DNA of 64,000 nt from Candidatus Methylacidiphilales bacterium (GTDB lineage Bacteria > Verrucomicrobiota > Verrucomicrobiia > Methylacidiphilales > JAAUTS01), in the NCBI GenBank assembly GCA_038250235.1, contig JBBSCO010000010.1, positions 384-64,383 on the forward strand, written 5' to 3'. The translations under genes were made by a program, and so were the position numbers. The notes beneath the pieces were generated by a model, which saw only the letters and a list, made by a program, of their open reading frames with translations, made no database searches and was not told the origin of the DNA. Below are positions 53,814 to 62,793 of this stretch, one piece after another (the first letter of the stretch is position 1; each line of letters starts with the position of its first letter).

Positions 53814-54808
53814 TGCGTTTTCATGATCCGGAAGTGCTCTGGTTCTTTCTGGCCCTTCCGATCCTGGCCCTGTGGTGGGGAGGCCGGGGCAAGGCACCTG
53901 CCCTCAGGTTTCCGACCGTGGCGGTCGGCGAACTGGTTGGAAGAAAAACCAGAGGCAGGGTCGGTTTTCTGAGACTTCTGCTTCGTCTGATGGCCATAGC
54001 CTTTTTGATCATCGCGCTGGCCCGCCCCCAGATAGGAAAAAGCACGGCGGAAGTGGAGGCCAGCGGGATCGATATCATGCTGGTGATCGATGCTTCCACC
54101 TCCATGCGTTCCCTGGATTTCGAACTGCAGGGGCAACGGGTGGATCGCCTGACCGTGGTGAAGAAAGTCATCCTCAAATTCATGGCCCAGCGTCCCAATG
54201 ACCGCATTGGGATGGTGGCCTTTGCCAGTGATCCTTATCTGGTCAGTCCCCTTACATTGGATCATGATTGGCTGCAGAAAAGATTGGAGAAGATCCAGCC
54301 CGGAGATCTCGGTCCGGCAACGGCCATTGGTTCCGCTTTGGCGGCCGGGTTGAACCGGCTGGAGGAAAAGAAATCCAAGTCCCGCATCCTCATTCTGTTG
54401 ACCGACGGGGTCAACAATGCCGGTTCCATCACCCCGCAGATGGCGGCGGAAGCCGCGCGCAGTGTCGGAATCAAAGTCTACACTATCGGGGCAGGAATTC
54501 AGGGGGAAGCACCCATGCCAGTGCAGGATGCCTTCGGTAGGCTGCAGACGCGCATGATAAAGGTTGAAATCGACGAAATCATGCTCAAGCAGATTGCGGA
54601 AAAAACAGGAGCCCAATATTTCCGCGCGACCAATACCGAAACACTGGAACAAATTTACTCGGAGATCAACAAGATGGAGACAACCAAGCGCACGATGCGC
54701 AAGCAGGAGGACTACAAAGAACTCATGGCCTATGCCCTGGGGACGGCGCTTTTTTTATTGGCGATGGAAGTCCTGCTGGCGAACACGCTCCTCCGGAGGG
54801 TGCCATGA
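53810..54808 (+). CDS. batA: vWA-domain membrane protein BatA
   Basis: N-terminal TM segments, the vWA MIDAS motif IDASTSM, and a C-terminal TM segment. ATGA-coupled. Confidence 0.85.
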   Translation: MMRFHDPEVLWFFLALPILALWWGGRGKAPALRFPTVAVGELVGRKTRGRVGFLRLLLRLMAIAFLIIALARPQIGKSTAEVEASGIDIMLVIDASTSMRSLDFELQGQRVDRLTVVKKVILKFMAQRPNDRIGMVAFASDPYLVSPLTLDHDWLQKRLEKIQPGDLGPATAIGSALAAGLNRLEEKKSKSRILILLTDGVNNAGSITPQMAAEAARSVGIKVYTIGAGIQGEAPMPVQDAFGRLQTRMIKVEIDEIMLKQIAEKTGAQYFRATNTETLEQIYSEINKMETTKRTMRKQEDYKELMAYALGTALFLLAMEVLLANTLLRRVP

Positions 54809-56808
54809 TCGAGTTTGCCGCACCGTTCTGGTTGATGCTGACTCCTCTCCTGGTGGCCGGCCTGGCGGCGGTTCTGGTTTATGGGGAGATCAAGCGGCGC
54901 AGAACCCTGGCCCTGCTGGCCAATCCCAACCTGGTGGCCGAGCTGACCTCCAACATCTCCATGTTCAGGCGTCATCTGAAACAGGGCCTGTTCCTGGCGG
55001 CAGTTTTTTGTTTCGGGGTGGCGCTGGCCAGGCCGCAGATGGGTTACCGCTGGGAGGAGATCAGGCGCAAGGGGATTGATATTCTTTTTGCCATTGACAC
55101 TTCGCGCAGCATGTTGGCCCAGGATGTCCGGCCCAGCCGTCTGGAACGGTCCAAGCTGGCCGTGATCGATTTCAGCCGGAATTTTGACGGAGGCCGACTG
55201 GGTTTGGTGCCCTTTGCCGGCTCGGCCTTTTTGATGTGTCCCCTGACACTGGATACCGGTGCTTTCTATGAGTCACTGGAATCGCTGGACACCAGCGTCA
55301 TCGAAAGTCCGGGAACAGATATCGGGTCCGCCATCCGCGAAGCCAGCCAGGCTTTTTCCAAGGGGTCCGGCGATGAAAAAGTTCTGATCCTGATCACAGA
55401 TGGGGAGGATCTGGAAGGAGATGCCATCGAAGCTGCCACGGAGGTGGCGCAGCAGGGGGTGAAAATTTTTGCGGTGGGAGTGGGGACGGCTGCCGGGGAA
55501 CTGGTTCCGGATTTCCAGAAGAACGGGGTGTCCTTTATCAGGGATGAATCCGGCAATCTGCTCAAATCCCGTCTTAATGAAAAGGTGCTCCGCGAAATCG
55601 CCAGCGTCACCGGCGGAAAGTATTATCCGTTGGGCCCCAAGGGCGAGGGTCTGGAAGCCATCATGCGGGACAACCGCCACCTGATGAAAGAACTTGAGAT
55701 CAAAGAAAGCATGAGAAAAATCCCTCTGGAACAGTTTCAATGGCCTTTGTTGGCCGGGTTGATTCTGTTGCTGGCGGAAACCTTGATCCGCGAGAACCGA
55801 AACAGGAAACAGGTGACCCGGACCAAAACGCGTCCGCACTCCGGCGCCGTGGTGTTGCTGGTTTTTGGTCTGTTCTGCCTTGCCGGAAAGGCCCGTGCTT
55901 CCACGGTCCGGGATGCCGAAACAAACATGAAGAACGGGCGATATTCCGAGGCAATGAACCAATATGGTGAAGCCCTGAGGGAAGAACCGGATGAAGCGGC
56001 TTTGTTGTATAACAAAGGAGTGGCAGCTTATCGGGGGCAGGATTACGTGGAGGCGGCCCGTGCGTTCGGGGAGGTCCGGAAGTCGCGGGATTTGAAGCTC
56101 CAGCAAAAAGCCTACTACAATCTGGGAAATGTCCGCTACCGTGCAGGTGAACAAATGCTGCAGAAAGACCGTGATGGGGCCATTCGCGAATGGGAGGAGG
56201 CTCTGGTTTCCTACCAGGGCGCTTTGGCCCTGGATAAGGATGACAAAGATGCCCGTTTCAATCATGATCTGGTGAAGAATCGTCTCGAAGCATTGAAGCA
56301 GAACCCGCCCCCGAAGCAGGATCAAAACAAAGAACAGCAGAAGAAAGAGAAGGACAAAGACCAGGACAAAGACCGGAAGCAGGACGATAAGCAGGACGAT
56401 AAGCAGGATCCGCAGAATCAGGGAAACCAAGACCAGAAGGATCCCAAAGACTCTTCCGGTGGAAAACCGGAAGAGAAGGAGAAAAAAGAGGGTGAGGGCG
56501 GCGAACCCTCTAAGGCTGCTGATTCCCCCCCGGAGAAGAAGGAACCGACCAAAGCTCCGGGAAAAGACGATTCCGGCAAGCAGGGGGAACAGGAGCCCAA
56601 ACCGGATACAGGTGAGGGCAAGCAGGGGGAACCAGGCAAAGAGCAGGGTTCCGAAGGGAAGGCCGAGCAGGTTCAGCCCGGGCAGATGACGAGGGAAGAA
56701 GCCAAGGCGCTTTTAAATGCGGCAAAAAGTGGACAGAAACAATTGTTGTTTCCGATCACACGGGGCAAGGATTCGAACAAGAACAACCCTAATCAAAAAA
56801 ACTGGTGA
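54805..56808 (+). CDS. batB: BatB-type vWA protein fused to BatC-like TPR repeats and a long K/D/E/Q-rich tail
   Basis: vWA motif AIDTSRSM, a TM segment, then TPRs (YSEAMNQYGEAL, YNKGVAAYRGQDY, YYNLGNVRYRAG), then about 150 aa of low complexity. Confidence 0.8.
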   Translation: MIEFAAPFWLMLTPLLVAGLAAVLVYGEIKRRRTLALLANPNLVAELTSNISMFRRHLKQGLFLAAVFCFGVALARPQMGYRWEEIRRKGIDILFAIDTSRSMLAQDVRPSRLERSKLAVIDFSRNFDGGRLGLVPFAGSAFLMCPLTLDTGAFYESLESLDTSVIESPGTDIGSAIREASQAFSKGSGDEKVLILITDGEDLEGDAIEAATEVAQQGVKIFAVGVGTAAGELVPDFQKNGVSFIRDESGNLLKSRLNEKVLREIASVTGGKYYPLGPKGEGLEAIMRDNRHLMKELEIKESMRKIPLEQFQWPLLAGLILLLAETLIRENRNRKQVTRTKTRPHSGAVVLLVFGLFCLAGKARASTVRDAETNMKNGRYSEAMNQYGEALREEPDEAALLYNKGVAAYRGQDYVEAARAFGEVRKSRDLKLQQKAYYNLGNVRYRAGEQMLQKDRDGAIREWEEALVSYQGALALDKDDKDARFNHDLVKNRLEALKQNPPPKQDQNKEQQKKEKDKDQDKDRKQDDKQDDKQDPQNQGNQDQKDPKDSSGGKPEEKEKKEGEGGEPSKAADSPPEKKEPTKAPGKDDSGKQGEQEPKPDTGEGKQGEPGKEQGSEGKAEQVQPGQMTREEAKALLNAAKSGQKQLLFPITRGKDSNKNNPNQKNW

Positions 56809-58679
56809 AAGATTTTCTTAAAATAAAAAGGAACAGCGTAAAAGCAGGATCAGGCATTGGCCGGGATCTCCGCTTGATTCTCGCTGGACTGATCTTTCTG
56901 CCGGGCATGGCGGTGGGAGCAATGGCGGCAGAGCTCAAGGTCTCGGCTCTGCTTGATCCTGCGGAAATCACGCAGGGTCAGGAAGCGGTTTTGCGTATTT
57001 CTGTAGCCGGTGCCAGCAAAGCCAAACTACAAGTTCCGGAAGTCGAGGGTCTTAAGATTAGTTATGCCGGTCAAAACACCTCGATTCAGATAGTCAATTT
57101 CAACCGTTCTGACACCGTGACCTACACCTTCCGGGTCACTGGGTTCAAGCCCGGCAACTACACCATTCCGGCATTTTCTGTGGAAGCCGAGGGCATGAAC
57201 AAGCAGACACAGGAGCTGGCCCTAACGATTCTCAAAAGTTCAGGGCCTGATACGGCAGGGGAGCCGGTCGGAAGCGGGAAAGAGGAAAAAATTAAGGTGG
57301 AACCCCAGGAAATAAACCAAACCTATTTCCTACAGATGGATTTGAAAGACGAACGCCTGTATGTCGGCCAGATGGTGCCGGTCACCTTCCGGCTCTTCAT
57401 CCGTGTGGGGTATGAGTTCGGACCCAAATCCCTGCCGGAACTCAACAGCGAGGCATTTATCCTTGGCACCCTCTCGAACAGACCCCAGCAGTATCAGGTA
57501 TCCCTGAACGGAACCCCCTATCACGTGCTGATATGGAACACGGCTATGACCGCGGTCAAGGCGGGCGACTATGACTTGGAACTCAGTCAGAAGGGGGAAG
57601 TTCCGGATCGTGACCGTGTAATCGGAGGAGGCTCAAGTCTTTTTGAGCAACTGATGAACCGGGGGGGGCAGGTCAAGCCGGTCGAACTTAAAAGCAAGGC
57701 GATGAAGGTTTCCGTCATGCCTCTGCCGCAGGAGAACAAACCGAAGTCTTTCAGTGGGGCCATTGGAAGCTTCACCTTTGTCGGCCAGGCCAGTCCGGTT
57801 GAATTGACAGCGGGAGATCCGATGGAGCTGACCGTGGCGATTGAGGGGAGCGGAAATTTCGACCGCATCGACTGGCCAGGGATGGAGCAGAACCGATTCT
57901 GGCGCAGCTATCCTCCGAACTCCAGCTTCAAAGCAACGGATGAGGCGGGCATCGAGGGCAGGAAAACATATAAACAGGCTCTTATTCCTTTGGTATCCGA
58001 AATCAAGGAGATTCCCATGCAGGAGTTTTCGTATTTTGATCCGGTGACGGGCCAATACAAAATCCTGCGCTCGGATCCTTTGGCCCTGGCGATCCGGGCC
58101 GCTGCGGATTCGGCGTTTCCAGGAGGCGGGGGCCTGCCCTCCCTTGTTCCTGATGTCACATCCGGTCAGGACACGCTTGGCCTTCTCCCGAACCGGTTGA
58201 ACCCGGGCAGAACCGGCCAATCCGTGCAGCCCTGGACTTCGGAATCCTGGTTTCACGTGGCGCTGGCTGTTCCGGTTCTTCTGTTTCTTGGGATTGGTGC
58301 CAGCGTATTGTTTGTTTATGCCCGCCGCCGTTGGTGGGGGGGGGATGGCGGGCGTGAAATGGATCGTCTTCTGGCACGGGAAATCCAGGTCATGCAATCC
58401 TCCCTGCAGCAGGCCGATTCGGACACCTTCGTCAAAAGCGCGCGCCGCGTCCTGCAGCAGGCCCTGGCCCGGGAGTGGCAGTGCCCGCCGGATTCCGTGA
58501 CCAGGCATGAGGTGCGCCAGCGCCAGCCTGGCGGAGTGCAGGACCTGGAGAACCTTTTTGCCGCACTTGATGCGGTGGATTATTCGGGGGCTTCCCTGAG
58601 TGGCGAAGAAATGAACGACCTCCATGGGGGGATTCAGTCCTGGCTGTTAAGCCGTGGGGAAGGTGGCTTCCGTGTTTAA
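56805..58679 (+). CDS. batD: BatD-like oxygen-tolerance protein
   Basis: GTGA-coupled. It has a signal peptide, a large beta-rich extracytoplasmic region, one late TM segment and a cytoplasmic tail, which is the typical BatD layout. Confidence 0.7.
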   Translation: MKDFLKIKRNSVKAGSGIGRDLRLILAGLIFLPGMAVGAMAAELKVSALLDPAEITQGQEAVLRISVAGASKAKLQVPEVEGLKISYAGQNTSIQIVNFNRSDTVTYTFRVTGFKPGNYTIPAFSVEAEGMNKQTQELALTILKSSGPDTAGEPVGSGKEEKIKVEPQEINQTYFLQMDLKDERLYVGQMVPVTFRLFIRVGYEFGPKSLPELNSEAFILGTLSNRPQQYQVSLNGTPYHVLIWNTAMTAVKAGDYDLELSQKGEVPDRDRVIGGGSSLFEQLMNRGGQVKPVELKSKAMKVSVMPLPQENKPKSFSGAIGSFTFVGQASPVELTAGDPMELTVAIEGSGNFDRIDWPGMEQNRFWRSYPPNSSFKATDEAGIEGRKTYKQALIPLVSEIKEIPMQEFSYFDPVTGQYKILRSDPLALAIRAAADSAFPGGGGLPSLVPDVTSGQDTLGLLPNRLNPGRTGQSVQPWTSESWFHVALAVPVLLFLGIGASVLFVYARRRWWGGDGGREMDRLLAREIQVMQSSLQQADSDTFVKSARRVLQQALAREWQCPPDSVTRHEVRQRQPGGVQDLENLFAALDAVDYSGASLSGEEMNDLHGGIQSWLLSRGEGGFRV

Positions 58680-59415
58680 TGGTTTCAGAACAGTTCTCTT
58701 TTTGTTGGGAAGCGCCGCCCTGCTTCAGGCCTCCGATGTGCGGATGGATCTTACCAGAGCCAACCAGATGTTTGCCTCAGACCGGTTCGGAGAGGCTGCG
58801 GCCATCTACGATACCTTGATCCTCAATCACGGGGCCTCGCCGGAATTGTATTATAATCTCGGCAATGCCCTGGCCCGTTCCGGGGATACAGGAAGAGCGG
58901 TGTTGGCGTATGAGCGGGGATTGGTTTTGAGTCCGATGGATGCCGAGATCAAGGCCAACCTGGAAAAGATCCGTGCCAAAAAGAATCTCTTTGAAAAGCC
59001 AGCGGCTTTCTGGGAGCAGCCTCTTCTGATGGTGCCCCAGACGATCTGGGCGGCTTTGCTCCTGTCGTCTGTCTGGCTGGCCGTGCTGGGTTTCTCCCTC
59101 CGGGTTCTGCTGGAAAAGAAAACTGGAAAAACAGTCAGAGCGGTGCTGCTATTTGCAGCCATCGTTTTTTCCCTCGTCTTGATCCTTGCCTCCGCCGCCT
59201 GTTTGATCGCGGAAAGGCGGGGCGATCGGGCCGTGGTTTTGACGCCGGATCTGCCCCTGCTGATTTCGCCTTTTGCCGGAGCGTCCGTGTCTACCTCCCT
59301 GAAGCCTGGAGAAATCGTCAGGATTGGTGAAAGCCATTCCGAATACATCCATGTCAGAAATGAGGAAGGCAAAAGCGGATGGGTCCGGACAAGGGATGCT
59401 GAAAAAATCCGTTAG
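58654..59415 (+). CDS. BatE-like TPR plus SH3 membrane protein
   Basis: TPR (YYNLGNALARSGDTGRAVLAYERGL), TM helices, and a C-terminal SH3-like GEIVRIGESHSEYIHVRNEEGKSGWV. An alternative GTG start lies at 58672. Confidence 0.65.
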   Translation: MGKVASVFNGFRTVLFLLGSAALLQASDVRMDLTRANQMFASDRFGEAAAIYDTLILNHGASPELYYNLGNALARSGDTGRAVLAYERGLVLSPMDAEIKANLEKIRAKKNLFEKPAAFWEQPLLMVPQTIWAALLLSSVWLAVLGFSLRVLLEKKTGKTVRAVLLFAAIVFSLVLILASAACLIAERRGDRAVVLTPDLPLLISPFAGASVSTSLKPGEIVRIGESHSEYIHVRNEEGKSGWVRTRDAEKIR

Positions 59416-59472
59416 TTCATTTATAAAGATAGTCTCTGAACCAGGAAGATCCGGGAGAATCTGCGGTGCGAT

Positions 59473-60858
59473 TTAAAAGGGAAGTCTGATCCGGAAAGTC
59501 GAGCCCCCGCCCAGGCGGCTTTGGGCCGTGATGGTTCCCTGGTGTGCGTTGATGATGGCCTGGACGAGACTCAGGCCCAAACCCAGTCCGCGTTTGTTGC
59601 GGCTTTTGTCCCCGCGATAGAGTCGTTCCCATATCCGTGGAAGATCCTGCTCACTGATACCCAGTCCCATGTCAGTGAATTCGACCAGGCAGTTCTCCCC
59701 CTCCCTATTGGCTTTGATCGTTATGGTTTGGCCGGGGTTCCCATATTTGATTGCGTTGTCGGCCAGATTGGCAAATGCCTGGCGCAAACGGCCTTTATCG
59801 CCCTTGATTTGCAGGTCCTCCGGAATTTCCAGTTGAAAATGCATCTCTTGTTCTTCCGCCACCATGGAATAAAGCTCGGCAACATCCTGGATCAGTTCCA
59901 GCAGCGGGAAGCGTTCATGCCGCAGCTGCATCACACCTGTCCGGGCCTCGGCCACATCCATGAGGGTGTTCAGAATCGTCTGGATTTTTTCAGCTTCCTC
60001 GAGGCAGTCTGCCAGGGCCTCGCGCGCGGAGGACTGACCGGCATCCGGCAGGTCGTGCAGGGCGGTTTCAGCAGAGCTGCGCAGCCTGGTCACGGGTGTG
60101 CGCAGATCGTGGGCCACATTGTCGAGCGCATCGTGCATGGTGCGGATAAGTCTTTCATTGGTTTCAAGCATCCGGTTGAACTGTTGCACCAGTTCTCCAA
60201 ATTCGCCTCTTCCCGCTTCCGCCGGCACACGGGCGGAGAGATCCCCGTGTTCGATCAGACGGCGTGTGGTGCCGGCCAGTTTGTGCAGAGGCTGCAGGGT
60301 GCGTCGGCTGAAAAACACCCCTCCAATGGTGGCCAGGGCTAGAACCGGGAGGAGAATCTTCAAAAACGTGCTGCGGAATCGTGCCAGAACCTCATGGGTC
60401 AGGGCGGGATAGCGGCCGATCTGGAAAAGAAGACCGCTGGGATTGCGGTTGCTGAGGATGATCCACTGTTCCTGTTGTCCGCCCCACTTGAATTCCTGGC
60501 GTATAACGCCGGGAACCAGGGGCAGTTTTTCAATGGAAGCCGCGTCAATGCCCTGATTGCTTTCAGAACTGACAATGAAAAGGCTCTGTCTGACGCCGTC
60601 ACTGACCCGGACGAAGTAGGGACCCTGGCTGTTCCGCGAATCGTTTTGGAGCCGCATTTGCACGGTGCGAATGCCACCCTGGAGATGCCAGGACTGGATT
60701 TCCGCGAGGAAGTCTTGTTGGGCGCGCAGGTCGCGGTCAAAGAGGGATTGGGAAATCAGATGATAGGCCAGGAAGAAAACGAGGAGAACCGAAGCGGTCA
60801 ACAGTCCCGCATACCAGAAGATGAGTCGGGTCCCGAAAGTGAAGGAATGCTTACTCAC
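59473..60858 (-). CDS. Sensor histidine kinase (2 TM, HAMP, HisKA, HATPase)
   Basis: H-box NVAHDLRTPVTRL, plus NLADNAIKY, DMGLGI and GLGLGLSLV. Confidence 0.85.
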   Translation of the reverse strand: MSKHSFTFGTRLIFWYAGLLTASVLLVFFLAYHLISQSLFDRDLRAQQDFLAEIQSWHLQGGIRTVQMRLQNDSRNSQGPYFVRVSDGVRQSLFIVSSESNQGIDAASIEKLPLVPGVIRQEFKWGGQQEQWIILSNRNPSGLLFQIGRYPALTHEVLARFRSTFLKILLPVLALATIGGVFFSRRTLQPLHKLAGTTRRLIEHGDLSARVPAEAGRGEFGELVQQFNRMLETNERLIRTMHDALDNVAHDLRTPVTRLRSSAETALHDLPDAGQSSAREALADCLEEAEKIQTILNTLMDVAEARTGVMQLRHERFPLLELIQDVAELYSMVAEEQEMHFQLEIPEDLQIKGDKGRLRQAFANLADNAIKYGNPGQTITIKANREGENCLVEFTDMGLGISEQDLPRIWERLYRGDKSRNKRGLGLGLSLVQAIINAHQGTITAQSRLGGGSTFRIRLPF

Positions 60859-61525
60859 GGCGCAGGACGTAGCCCATGCCGCGCACGGTATGGATCAGTT
60901 TGGGTGAAAAATCCTTGTCGATTTTGTTGCGCAGGCGGCAGACCAGGACATCCACGACGTTGGTCTGCGGATCAAAATTGTAATCATAGACCTGTTCCAG
61001 GATTGTGGTTTTGGTCACGATATGCTCCGCATTGCGCAGCAGGTAATCCAGAAGGGAAAATTCTTTGGCCTGGAGGTAGACTTTGGTTCCGTTGCGGCTG
61101 ACTTCACGTTTGAGCAAATCGACTTTCAGGTCGGCGTAACTCAGTTGGGAGACCTCGGAAGTTCCGGAAGAACGCCGGATCAGGGAGTGCAGACGGGCAA
61201 GAAGTTCGGAAAAGGCGAAGGGTTTGACCATGTAATCATCGCCGCCGGCCTGGAGACCCTTGACCCGGTCATCGACACTGCGTTTGGCACTGAGGATGAG
61301 AACGGGGGTTTTAATCCGGCTGCTGCGCATGCGTGCCAGAAGGGAAAGGCCGTCGAGACCGGGGAGCATCAGATCCAGGACGGCCGCATCGTAGGTTTCA
61401 GTTAGAGCGAGGTGGAGACCATCGGTGCCGTTGGTGGCGATGTCAGAAACAAAGCCCGATTCTTTCAAGCCCTTGGACAGGAAGGAAGCGATCTTGGCGT
61501 CGTCTTCCACAATCAAAATGCGCAT
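60851..61525 (-). CDS. OmpR/PhoB-family response regulator
   Basis: Receiver MRILIVEDD...DLMLPGLDG and a winged helix LTKREFSLLDYL-type region ending in RGMGYVL. There is an 8-nt overlap with the kinase gene. Confidence 0.9.
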   Translation of the reverse strand: MRILIVEDDAKIASFLSKGLKESGFVSDIATNGTDGLHLALTETYDAAVLDLMLPGLDGLSLLARMRSSRIKTPVLILSAKRSVDDRVKGLQAGGDDYMVKPFAFSELLARLHSLIRRSSGTSEVSQLSYADLKVDLLKREVSRNGTKVYLQAKEFSLLDYLLRNAEHIVTKTTILEQVYDYNFDPQTNVVDVLVCRLRNKIDKDFSPKLIHTVRGMGYVLRRE

Positions 61526-61715
61526 GGTGAACAGTAACGCAATGGGACAAAGGTGCCAAGAGGCAAAGACACTGTCTTTGCTGGGGAGCCTGTCTGAACA
61601 GGTTTTTGATTGGGCCAAGGAGGCTCTTTGTTTTCAGGCTTCGATACATGGCGCAGAGCTTTAGAGGCTTGCGGGATAAAAATGTAGTTGGCTTTGGAAG
61701 ATGTTAGATTAAAGT

Positions 61716-62669
61716 GTGTGCATGAATCGAAATGGATCATTGAAGATGTGCGCTATTGGAATCTTGATAGTATTATCGCTTTCGACGGCACCAAGCCAAA
61801 CAGTTTATGAATGGGAAGCGGGGCCGCTTCCGGCAGCGGAATTGAAGACCGTGAATTTCCGGGCCTGGCTTCCAGAGGGGGAAGGGCCGGTGAATGGCAT
61901 CCTTTTTTTGATTCCTGGTCGGCACGGCGATGGAAGAGGGATGGCCAATGATGTGAGTTGGCAGGCTCTGGGTCAGGAGATTCGTTTTGCCGTAGTCGGA
62001 TGCCAATACGCGGATGGTGAGCCTTTTCCTTACCAGAATGATCCTGGCAATTCGGTCAGCAAATCCATCGAGGAGGCGGCAGAGAAACTGGCGGAACTGA
62101 GTGGCAAGGCAGAATTGGCGAAGGTTCCTTTCGCGTTCTGGGGTCATTCCGCAGGATCCAATGTTTCGGCGAACTTCTGCAATTATGATCCGGATCGTGT
62201 AGTGGCCTTTGGAAGCTCCAAAGGCACCGGCGGACCCGGAGGAACCATGCCACGGGGAAAAGAGGAAATTCCCATGTTGTTCGCCATCGGGAAAAACGAC
62301 AAAGCCGAGTGGGTAAAGGCATCGCTCACCTCTGTGGAAGCGGGCCGCAGCGAAAAAGCCCCCTGGGTTTTGGCGCTAAATATCAAGGAGGGTCATGAGC
62401 TGGGAGGCAGTTTGAATTTGATCCGGCCCTTTCTGAAATGGGCCATCCGCTTGCGTCTCGGTTTGAGTGAAAATGGGAAAACGTCTTCGGCGTCCGTTTC
62501 TGGTTCCGGGAAAGTGAAGCTGGAGAAGGTCAGCATCAAAGAAGGATGGCTGGGTGATCCGGAAAGTTATGAAATTGCTTCAGCGGAGAACTACAGCGGG
62601 AAGAAGAAAGACGCGATCTGGCTGCCGCACGAAGAGGTGGCGAAAGCCTGGCAGGGGTATTTAAAGTAA
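61716..62669 (+). CDS. Secreted alpha/beta-hydrolase-like protein
   Basis: Signal peptide and a nucleophile elbow GHSAG (FWGHSAGSN). Confidence 0.5.
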   Translation: MCMNRNGSLKMCAIGILIVLSLSTAPSQTVYEWEAGPLPAAELKTVNFRAWLPEGEGPVNGILFLIPGRHGDGRGMANDVSWQALGQEIRFAVVGCQYADGEPFPYQNDPGNSVSKSIEEAAEKLAELSGKAELAKVPFAFWGHSAGSNVSANFCNYDPDRVVAFGSSKGTGGPGGTMPRGKEEIPMLFAIGKNDKAEWVKASLTSVEAGRSEKAPWVLALNIKEGHELGGSLNLIRPFLKWAIRLRLGLSENGKTSSASVSGSGKVKLEKVSIKEGWLGDPESYEIASAENYSGKKKDAIWLPHEEVAKAWQGYLK

Positions 62670-62793
62670 GGAATTTCAACCAGGAAGGACGCTGAGATCT
62701 GCAAAAGTCTCCAATGTGTGAAACTCCATCAATAATTTAGGATCTGTTGTTCCAATTCCTTCGGTCTGCTTTTTTGGTTGCATGCTGGAGGCT

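Noticed and set aside
53654-58625. Long minus-strand ORFs (53654..54652, 55273..56430, 57633..58625). The same applies to 8775..9665, 24346..25467 and 17929..19446 elsewhere.
   Set aside because: All are antisense to well-supported genes (batA/batB/batD, the radical SAM gene, the GT paralogue and bamA). They lack any recognisable domain, so they were treated as shadow ORFs.
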